The translations under genes were made by a program, and so were the position numbers. A model generated the notes under the pieces. The model did no database searches, was not told the origin of the DNA, and saw nothing but the letters and a program-made list of their open reading frames with translations. Below, piece by piece: positions 8,865-16,866 of a DNA stretch of 64,000 bases (position 1 is its first letter; every line of letters begins with the position of its first letter). The DNA is from an uncultured Gammaproteobacteria bacterium (lineage in GTDB: Bacteria; Patescibacteriota; Patescibacteriia; Magasanikbacterales; GWA2-37-8). The stretch is from the NCBI GenBank assembly GCA_964482695.1, contig CAYZYP010000001.1, forward strand, positions 68,143 through 132,142, read 5' to 3'.

Positions 8865-10043
8865 ATGCTTCGTACTATTAAGCAAATTAAAAATCTAAAA
8901 GGCAAACGTGTTTTATTGCGCGTTGATTTTAACGTGCCAATAAAAAATGGCCGAGTAAAAGATGACTTTAAAATTAAAAAGAGCTTGCCGACAATTGAAT
9001 ATCTTTTGGAAAAAGGCGCTAAGATTATTTTAATGAGCCATTTAGGACGTCCTAAGGGTAAGGTTGTGCCTGAACTTAGATTAACAGCGCCGGCAAAAAG
9101 ATTGTCAGAATTATTACATAGAAAAATAAAAAAATTACAAATATCAACAGGCAATGAAGTTGTCAAAAAAATAAATAAAATGAAACCAGCTGATATACTA
9201 TTTTTAGAGAATATTCAATTTGAACCAGGAGAGATTGCCAAAGATGAAAAGCTGGCTAAAGAGTTGGCATCTTATGGCGATTATTTTGTAAACGAGTGTT
9301 TTGCTCAATCGCATCGTGATTATGCTTCTATATCTAAAATCGCGCGATATATACCGGCTTGCGCGGGTTTGTTGTTAGCAGAAGAGGTCGCAGGGCTTAG
9401 TAAAGTTATTTCTAAACCTAAAAAACCGTTTGTGGTAGTTTTAGGCGGCGCCAAATTGGAAACAAAAATTCCGATTTTAGAGAAATTGTTACCAATGGCC
9501 GATCATATTTTGATTGGCGGAGAGATTTTTAATACTTATTTGTGGGCTAAAGGCAACCAAGTTGGTGCTTCCCTGATTGATAAGGAATTTAAAAAGCAAG
9601 TGTTATTATATGGTAGTAAAAAGAAAATAATTATGCCAGTTGATGTAATAGTTGGCAAAGAAGACGGCAAAGAAGCAAAAGCGCTAGCTATTACCGAAAT
9701 TAATAGATTAAAATCAAATATTGGTATATATGACATTGGTCCGATGACCATTAAGTTATTTGCTAAATATATTAAAAAAGCCAATACATTGATTTGGAAT
9801 GGGGCTATGGGATATTTTGAACAGCACCCTTATCAATATGGGACTAATTCTATCGCTCGGCTCGTAGCGTCGCGATCCAAAGGCAAGGCGTATGGCGTTT
9901 GTGGTGGCGGCGAAACAGTAGAAGTTTTGCGTAAATTAAATTTAATATCTGACATAGATTTAGTTTCAACCGGTGGTGGCGCGATGTTGGAATTTTTAAG
10001 CGGTAAGAAGTTGCCGGGTGTAGAGGCGGTTGTAAAATCATAA
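8865..10043 (+). CDS. pgk: Phosphoglycerate kinase
   Basis: RVDFNVP, SHLGRP, GGAK, STGGGAMLEFL.GK.LPG. Confidence 0.96.
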   Translation: MLRTIKQIKNLKGKRVLLRVDFNVPIKNGRVKDDFKIKKSLPTIEYLLEKGAKIILMSHLGRPKGKVVPELRLTAPAKRLSELLHRKIKKLQISTGNEVVKKINKMKPADILFLENIQFEPGEIAKDEKLAKELASYGDYFVNECFAQSHRDYASISKIARYIPACAGLLLAEEVAGLSKVISKPKKPFVVVLGGAKLETKIPILEKLLPMADHILIGGEIFNTYLWAKGNQVGASLIDKEFKKQVLLYGSKKKIIMPVDVIVGKEDGKEAKALAITEINRLKSNIGIYDIGPMTIKLFAKYIKKANTLIWNGAMGYFEQHPYQYGTNSIARLVASRSKGKAYGVCGGGETVEVLRKLNLISDIDLVSTGGGAMLEFLSGKKLPGVEAVVKS

Positions 10044-10051
10044 AATTATAC

Positions 10052-10217
10052 TAATTACCTTGAATTGCAAAACTCGTCTTGTCATCCTGAGTGTAGCGGA
10101 GCGAAACGAAGGATCTTTCTGTTAGAGCGCTTCTTAGCACGGAAAGATTCTTCCCCTTCGCTTCGCTCAGGGTCAGAATGACAGTAAAAATGATAGTTTC
10201 GTAATTCAAGGTAATTA
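10052..10217 (-). repeat. Palindromic element (family A) intergenic copy (core 10080-10183) nested in an outer 23-bp imperfect inverted repeat; MITE-like
   Basis: The core TGTCATCCTGAG...CAGAATGACA is in reverse orientation relative to the in-gene copies. Outer arms are TAATTACCTTGAATTGCAAAACT (10052-10074) and AGTTTCGTAATTCAAGGTAATTA (10195-10217), with two mismatches. Confidence 0.8.
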
Positions 10218-10325
10218 TTGATATTTTAGATCAATCCCGAAGTGATCCTCTAGGGATTAAAATAATTTTTAATTAATTAGAACAAACTTGCTAATTTACG
10301 CAAATTGTTCTTTAAGGGAGGTTTT

Positions 10326-11189
10326 ATGCCTTTAGCAAAAAATAACAATGGCAAATCAGTGTCTTTGCCAAAAGTTAGCGCAATAGATACAAAGTCGTGT
10401 TGCCAAAAAAATAATGATTGCTGTAAAAATAATTGTTGTGGTGATTTTGGTAAAAAAATAATAAAAACTTTGGCTGGAATTTTGTTGGTATATGTAATAT
10501 TTTATGTCGGCACTCTGGTTCATAATAATTTAAAAAAATATGAATATATAGGTAAAGCAGAAAAGGCCGAAAGAACAATGACCATTACCGGTTATGGCAA
10601 GGTAAATGGAACCAATGATATAGCAGTAACCACTATTGGCTATACTAATACCGATCAGGATGTTTCCAAGGCGCAGGTAGCTAACAAAAAAGTAATGGAT
10701 GCGGTAATTCAAGATTTAAAGGCAATGAGTATCGTTGATAAAGACATGCAAAGTGATTATTCTATTTATCCGGAATATACTTATACCTCGGCTAGCGGTA
10801 GCGTATTTAAAGGTTATAAAGTTACCAATCAGGTAACAATTAAAATAAGAGATCTTTCAAAAATTCAGAATGTGTTGTCTTTATCCAGTAAATATGGCGC
10901 TAACCAAATTAGCGGTTTAAGTTTTACTATTGACGATCCAGAAAATTTAAAAGAACAAGCCAGAACAAAAGCGCTAGCCGACGCTCAAAAGAAAGCCAAA
11001 ATAATAGCCCAATCTATGGGGACGCGTTTGGGTGGTGTAATTTCTTATAGTGAATATGAAACAAGCGCCGGTAATGTCTACCCGGTTAATTACGCCCGTG
11101 GTGGCTCATTGGGCGCGGAAACGAGCGCTATTGTAAGTGGTAGCAAGGACGTAGAAATGAGTGTTAGTATTACTTACGAACTTAAGTAG
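10326..11189 (+). CDS. SIMPL (DUF541) domain protein with a Cys-rich N-terminus and TM helix
   Basis: GGAGG SD before ATG 10326; ITGYGKV...DIA, GYKVTNQVTIKIRD, GANQISGLSF, A.TKALADAQKKA. Confidence 0.85.
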   Translation: MPLAKNNNGKSVSLPKVSAIDTKSCCQKNNDCCKNNCCGDFGKKIIKTLAGILLVYVIFYVGTLVHNNLKKYEYIGKAEKAERTMTITGYGKVNGTNDIAVTTIGYTNTDQDVSKAQVANKKVMDAVIQDLKAMSIVDKDMQSDYSIYPEYTYTSASGSVFKGYKVTNQVTIKIRDLSKIQNVLSLSSKYGANQISGLSFTIDDPENLKEQARTKALADAQKKAKIIAQSMGTRLGGVISYSEYETSAGNVYPVNYARGGSLGAETSAIVSGSKDVEMSVSITYELK

Positions 11190-11209
11190 ATCTCATAATT
11201 TTTGTATTT

Positions 11210-12457
11210 ATGAAAATTAAACAAGTGATTGGCCGTGAAATATTAGATTCGCGCGGCAACCCAACTGTTGAAGCCAAAGTAATATTGGAAAATGGTCTTT
11301 TTGCTGTGGCCTCGGTGCCGTCGGGCGCGTCTACTGGCACGCACGAAGCTTTGGAATTAAGAGATGGTGGCAAAAGATACGGCGGTAAAGGAGTTTTAAA
11401 GGCGGTGAAAAATATCAATACGATTATTAATCGATCGTTAGTTGGTAAAGAAATAACAGCTTTAAAAGAAATAGACGAAAAGATGATAAAGGTAGATGGG
11501 TCGGAAAATAAAAATAATTTAGGAGCTAACGCTATCTTGGCTGTTTCATTAGCGGCTACTCGAGCGGGTGCTTTGGCGATAAGAATGCCTTTGTATAAAT
11601 ATATACGCCAGGTGTATAATTTTAATGAAAAGAATTTCCGTTTGCCAGTGCCAACAATGAATATATTAAATGGTGGTCGGCACGCGGATAATGGTTTGAC
11701 AGTGCAAGAATTTATGATTATCCCGCGTAATAAATTATTTCGTGAGCGGGTGCGTATGGGGTCGCAGATTTTTCATAGTTTAGCCAATTTGCTTAGTCAA
11801 AAAGGATATTCTACGGGGGTGGGAGACGAAGGTGGCTTTGCGCCTGAATTATTAAATAACGAACGTGCTATTCAGCTTATAATAGAAGCGATTAAATTAA
11901 CCGGCTGGGAGCCTGGGCGGCATGTATTTTTGGGGTTAGATGTAGCGGCTTCGGAATTTTGCAGTCATGGTAAATATTATTTTATTAATAAAAAACAAGG
12001 CTGGCGAGCGGAAAAGATGATCGCTACTTACTCCAATTGGTTGAAAAAATATCCGATAATTTCCATAGAGGATGGTTTGGGCGAAGACGATTGGTCTAAC
12101 TGGCAAATTTTAACTAAGGAATTAGGGAAAAAAACTATTTTAGTAGGCGATGATTTATTTGTAACTAATACCAAACGTTTGCAGAAAGGTATTACAGAGA
12201 AAGTGGCTAACGCTATTTTGATAAAAGTTAATCAAATTGGCACTTTAAGTGAAACAATAGACGCCATTACATTAGCTAAAAAGAATGGTTACCAAATTAC
12301 TGTTTCCAATCGCAGCGGTGAAACCGAAGACACTTTTATTGCTGATTTGGCAGTGGCTGTTAATTCCGAGTTTATTAAAACCGGCTCTATGTCGCGGTCA
12401 GAGAGAATAGCAAAATATAATCGTCTGATGGAGATAGAAATGGAATTAGGGATATAG
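11210..12457 (+). CDS. eno: Enolase
   Basis: REILDSRGNPTVE, VPSGASTG, GDEGGFAP, LIKVNQIGTLSE, IKTGS.SRSERIAKYN. Confidence 0.97.
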   Translation: MKIKQVIGREILDSRGNPTVEAKVILENGLFAVASVPSGASTGTHEALELRDGGKRYGGKGVLKAVKNINTIINRSLVGKEITALKEIDEKMIKVDGSENKNNLGANAILAVSLAATRAGALAIRMPLYKYIRQVYNFNEKNFRLPVPTMNILNGGRHADNGLTVQEFMIIPRNKLFRERVRMGSQIFHSLANLLSQKGYSTGVGDEGGFAPELLNNERAIQLIIEAIKLTGWEPGRHVFLGLDVAASEFCSHGKYYFINKKQGWRAEKMIATYSNWLKKYPIISIEDGLGEDDWSNWQILTKELGKKTILVGDDLFVTNTKRLQKGITEKVANAILIKVNQIGTLSETIDAITLAKKNGYQITVSNRSGETEDTFIADLAVAVNSEFIKTGSMSRSERIAKYNRLMEIEMELGI

Positions 12458-12469
12458 ATTATCTAAATT

Positions 12470-14017
12470 ATGCAAAGAAATAAAACCACACTTTTAATAA
12501 TCATGGACGGTTGGGGTTTAACAAAACCAAATAAAGGCAATCCAATTACCCCGAAAACCGCGCCAAATTATTTTAATTGGTTAAAAAAATATCCAAATAC
12601 GAAATTAAAAGCCAGTGGCAAAGACGTTGGTTTGTTTACGGGTGAAGACGGAAACAGTGAAGCTGGTCATTTAAATTTAGGTGGAGGGAGAATCGTAAAA
12701 CAAGACGCGTTGTATATTTCTGATGCCATAAAAGACGGCACATTTTTTAAAAATAACGCTTTTAGCCAAGCTATTCATCATGTAAAAAAATATAATACCG
12801 CCGTTCATTTAATGGGGTTGTTATCAAATCATAACAGCGCGCATTCTTGTCCAGAGCACCTGTATGCTTTGTTGGATTTATTTCATAAAAATAATATAGT
12901 TCAGGTTTATTTACATCTTTTTACCGATGGCCGTGATTCTGGCCAGCATGACGCTACCAATCATTTAAAAAAATTAGAAAAACATTTGCGCGCTAATCAA
13001 GAGATCGCTACTGTCATGGGGCGGTTTTACGCCATGGACAGAAACAAACAATGGCGCAGAACTCAACAAGCGTACGAGGCCATGGTTAAAGGCTTAGGTT
13101 GTACTGCTACTAGCGCCGAAGAAGCTTTGGCGCAATCATACAATAGGAATACCACCGACGAATTTATCTGCCCAACCGTAATTATCAAAGACAACAAGCC
13201 GGTCGCGAAAATTAAAGATAATGACGCTATTTTCTTTTTTAACTTGCGCAGCGACAGGGCGCGGCAGTTAACCAAAGTATTTGTTCAGCCGAATTTTAAA
13301 AAAATGAATCAAGGCGCGTTTAACAGAATTCATTTACCAAAGAATACACGTTTTGTGGCCATGACTGATTTTGGCCCTGATTTGCCTGGTGTTTTAGCCG
13401 CTTTTCCTAGCCGTGATGTGGAAAATAGCTTAACACAGATATTATGTCCACGCCGTCAACTATATATTGCTGAATCCGAAAAATACGCTCATGTTACCTA
13501 CTTTTTTAATGGTGGTTATGCTCAGCATTTTTGTGATGAATCTTGGGTAAAAATTGAATCGCCAAACGTGGAAAGTTATGATCAGAAACCAGAAATGAGC
13601 GCTAAAAAAGTGGCTGATTATTTAATTGGCGCTATTGAATCACAAACTTATGATTTTATTTTAGCCAATTTCGCCAATCCGGATATGGTAGGGCACACAG
13701 GAAATTTTTCTGCCGGCGAAATAGCGGTAAATACGGTAGATAAAGAAATAGAAAGGGTAATCAAAAGCTTAGTTAATTGTAATGGTCAAGGTATAATAAC
13801 CGCGGATCATGGCAATATAGAAGAAATGATAAATCCTAGGACAGGAGAAATAGACACTGAACATTCGGCTAATCCAGTACCTTTTATTTTAATAAATTCA
13901 TCAGTTAAAACAAACAAGCATTTACCAACAGGTAAACTAGGAGATGTAGCCCCAACGATTTTGAAATTAATGGCGATAGAAAAGCCAAGAGAAATGAATG
14001 GGAGAGCGTTGGTGTAA
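12470..14017 (+). CDS. gpmI: 2,3-bisphosphoglycerate-independent phosphoglycerate mutase, copy 1
   Basis: MDGWG, GNSEAGH, DGRD, GRFYAMDR, NPDMVGHTG, TADHGN. Confidence 0.93.
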   Translation: MQRNKTTLLIIMDGWGLTKPNKGNPITPKTAPNYFNWLKKYPNTKLKASGKDVGLFTGEDGNSEAGHLNLGGGRIVKQDALYISDAIKDGTFFKNNAFSQAIHHVKKYNTAVHLMGLLSNHNSAHSCPEHLYALLDLFHKNNIVQVYLHLFTDGRDSGQHDATNHLKKLEKHLRANQEIATVMGRFYAMDRNKQWRRTQQAYEAMVKGLGCTATSAEEALAQSYNRNTTDEFICPTVIIKDNKPVAKIKDNDAIFFFNLRSDRARQLTKVFVQPNFKKMNQGAFNRIHLPKNTRFVAMTDFGPDLPGVLAAFPSRDVENSLTQILCPRRQLYIAESEKYAHVTYFFNGGYAQHFCDESWVKIESPNVESYDQKPEMSAKKVADYLIGAIESQTYDFILANFANPDMVGHTGNFSAGEIAVNTVDKEIERVIKSLVNCNGQGIITADHGNIEEMINPRTGEIDTEHSANPVPFILINSSVKTNKHLPTGKLGDVAPTILKLMAIEKPREMNGRALV

Positions 14018-14034
14018 AATTATAATTTTCAAAT

Positions 14035-15612
14035 ATGTCTTATCGCCCTGTAGTATTAATAATTTTAGATGGTTGGGGAATAGCGCCAGCTAGCGAAGGT
14101 AACGCCATAACCGAAGCAAGAACACCAAATTTTCTCAAGTATTTGCGCGATTATCCAACCATGACAATACACGCCTCTGGGAATGAGGTTGGTTTATTAT
14201 TCGGGGAAATGGGAAATTCAGAGGTAGGCCATTTAAATATTGGCGCCGGGCGTGTTTATTACCAAACTTGCCCGCGCATTAATAAAGAAATTAGTGATGG
14301 TACATTTTTCAAAAATGAAGCTCTGCTTAAGGCAGTTAATAAAGCAAAAGAAAACAAATCGCAATTACATTTAATTGGTTTATTAAGCTCTGGCAATGTT
14401 CATTCTAGCAATGATCATCTTTATGCTTTGCTAGAGTTGTGCAAACAACACAAATTAACTGATAATGTATTTATTCATGCTATTTTAGATGGCCGTGATT
14501 GTGTTTATAATTCTGGCAAGGAATTTATTAAAGATTTACAGGAAAAAATAAAGCAATTACGTATTGGCAAAATAGCCACCTTGTCTGGTCGCTATTATGC
14601 CATGGACAGAGATAATCGTTGGGAACGAACAGAAAAAGCTTATCAAGCGATTGCCGAGGGTAAGGCCGAAAGAACTGGTGAAAATCCGCTTAAAATTATA
14701 GAAGAATCATACAATAAAAAGAACTATGATGAAGAATTTATCCCTACGGTTATCACCAAAGATGGTGCTCCAATAACTACTATTAAAAATGGCGACGCGG
14801 CGATTTTTTTTAATTTTCGTCCCGATCGAGCGCGGCAATTAACAAAAGCTTTTGTTGTTCCTAGTTTTGAAAAATTTAATAAAAATTTCTTATCAGATTT
14901 AACCTTTGTTACTCTAAGTGAATATGAAAAACAATTACCCGCCACAGTCGCTTTCGCGCCAATGGTGGTGCATAATTGTTTGGCCGAAGTAATTAGTAAA
15001 GCCGGTAAGTGGCAATTACACATCGCAGAAACAGAAAAATACGCTCATGTCACTTTTTTCTTGAATGGCACTGTAGAGGAGCCATTTCGGGGCGAGGAAC
15101 GTTTACTGGTGCCATCACCAAGAGTTTCTAGCTATGATCAAAAGCCAGAGATGTCAGCATCGGAAGTAACTAAATTAGTTAATAAAGCTATTGACGATGG
15201 CAAATACGATTTTATAGTTGTAAATTTTGCTAATCCAGATATGGTTGGCCATACCGGGGTTTTGGAAGCTGGTATAAAGTCGTGCGAAGTAACAGATAAA
15301 TGTTTGGGAAATGTGGTAGAAAATGTCTTAGCTCACGGCGGTGTGGCTTTGGTAACAGCCGACCATGGCAACGCAGAAGAAATGGTTAATTTACAGACAG
15401 GCGAGATAGACAAAGAACATTCTACCAACCCAGTGCCATTTTTAGTAATAAGCAAAGATTATATGGGGCAGGCAGGGTCAGGTGGCGATGCTCCAGAAGG
15501 GGATTTAAGTCTATTGCAACCAGTAGGTATGTTAGCCGATGTGGCGCCGACTGTTTTAAAATTAATGGGTATTGATAAACCAGAAGAAATGACCGGGCAG
15601 GCGTTGATATAA
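14035..15612 (+). CDS. gpmI: 2,3-bisphosphoglycerate-independent phosphoglycerate mutase, copy 2
   Basis: LDGWG, MGNSEVGH, DGRD, GRYYAMDRD, AETEKYAHVT, TADHGN. Confidence 0.93.
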   Translation: MSYRPVVLIILDGWGIAPASEGNAITEARTPNFLKYLRDYPTMTIHASGNEVGLLFGEMGNSEVGHLNIGAGRVYYQTCPRINKEISDGTFFKNEALLKAVNKAKENKSQLHLIGLLSSGNVHSSNDHLYALLELCKQHKLTDNVFIHAILDGRDCVYNSGKEFIKDLQEKIKQLRIGKIATLSGRYYAMDRDNRWERTEKAYQAIAEGKAERTGENPLKIIEESYNKKNYDEEFIPTVITKDGAPITTIKNGDAAIFFNFRPDRARQLTKAFVVPSFEKFNKNFLSDLTFVTLSEYEKQLPATVAFAPMVVHNCLAEVISKAGKWQLHIAETEKYAHVTFFLNGTVEEPFRGEERLLVPSPRVSSYDQKPEMSASEVTKLVNKAIDDGKYDFIVVNFANPDMVGHTGVLEAGIKSCEVTDKCLGNVVENVLAHGGVALVTADHGNAEEMVNLQTGEIDKEHSTNPVPFLVISKDYMGQAGSGGDAPEGDLSLLQPVGMLADVAPTVLKLMGIDKPEEMTGQALI

Positions 15613-16758
15613 CTAATGAAGTTGTTTTTTAATATTTTCCACTACTTCTTTTTCTACATCCGCGAGCTTTTTATTTTCTATTGTAAAAGAAGCTCGTTTT
15701 TTATTACCAACAGGATTAAAAGGCAAAGCAAGCATTTTAGCGTCATAACGGTCCTCTACCGAGATTAGGCCGTTAATTTTGTTTGTCGTGGTTTGTGTCG
15801 TGTCTTCGTATAATAGTAAGGTAACTTTTGCTTCTGGTGAATTAATGATTAATTCATCAATAACTTCGTGCAGATCTTCTTCATTAGCTTGCGAGCGGGC
15901 AAAATCTTCACGAGTGATAGTTGTCCAAACCAAACCGGTTTGGCGATCACTTTGTAAATGGGTTAAAGCTTGCCCCCAAATTTTTAAAGAAGAAATAGAA
16001 CGGTTATGATAAAGGTGCTTAATTATTTTTTCTCTGTCAGCCCCCAGTTTCATTAGTTGGCTGGCGGTATTTAAAGTGTCAGGAGTGATATTAGTTGCTT
16101 TAAAACCGCGGGTTTGGCTGATGATTCCTGATAGTAAGGCAGTGGCGATATTTTCATCAATATTGGTTTCTTTGATTTGTAGCATGATCTTAAAAGAATT
16201 TTCCGCGGTAGAAGCAGAAGGCAAATCAATTAAATTAATTAGGCCGTAATGTTCATTGTTAACATTATGGTCCAGATTGATTATTGGTAGGCGATAGAAC
16301 AAGTCGGTGTTGTTGGTAAAAATTTCGCCCAAAGATTCTAGATCGGGCGTATTGATCGTCATTATGGTATCGTATTTAAAAGAAGATTGAGCGGTTCGCA
16401 GTTCATTTTTAGTGATTACTCCTTGTTTAGGGTTAATATGAATAGACAGCCAACCGTCTTTAATATCATAGCTTAAAGAATCTACTTTTGATTTGGAAAC
16501 ATCTACTTTAATGGTAAATTTTTGTAGGTGAGTGATTTCTGATTTTATTTCTTCATAACCGGTTAAGAATCTTAAATTTTTTGTCGCGCCAAAATTTTGC
16601 GAGACAATATCTACTTGTTTGTATTGTTTTTCTAAAAATATTTTCCAAGCCAAAGCGCAACCTATAGCGTCTAGATCATATTTTGGTTCAAAAACAATCA
16701 AAATATAGTGACTGTTTTCTAGTATCTTGGTTAGTTGTTGGATATCATTTAACGCCAT
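15613..16758 (-). CDS. DHH/DHHA1-family phosphoesterase (NrnA-like, divergent)
   Basis: DLDAIG motif, INLDHN (DHH variant), N..YG.INL, ASTAE, ATALLSGII..T..F. Confidence 0.75.
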   Translation of the reverse strand: MALNDIQQLTKILENSHYILIVFEPKYDLDAIGCALAWKIFLEKQYKQVDIVSQNFGATKNLRFLTGYEEIKSEITHLQKFTIKVDVSKSKVDSLSYDIKDGWLSIHINPKQGVITKNELRTAQSSFKYDTIMTINTPDLESLGEIFTNNTDLFYRLPIINLDHNVNNEHYGLINLIDLPSASTAENSFKIMLQIKETNIDENIATALLSGIISQTRGFKATNITPDTLNTASQLMKLGADREKIIKHLYHNRSISSLKIWGQALTHLQSDRQTGLVWTTITREDFARSQANEEDLHEVIDELIINSPEAKVTLLLYEDTTQTTTNKINGLISVEDRYDAKMLALPFNPVGNKKRASFTIENKKLADVEKEVVENIKKQLH

Positions 16759-16770
16759 AATGAACTGGGC

Positions 16771-16799
16771 ATTTTATCAATATTTGGCTAAACAGTCAA
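16771..16799 (-). promoter_or_regulatory. Sigma70-type promoter for the DHH gene (very short leader)
   Basis: On the minus strand, TTGACT-17 nt-TAAAAT ending 12 nt before the ATG. Confidence 0.6.
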
Positions 16800-16866
16800 T
16801 AGATATAGGTGTGGATTGATTTTTTGGAGTAAATCTAGTAAAATACAGCCATTGTCTATAGATATT

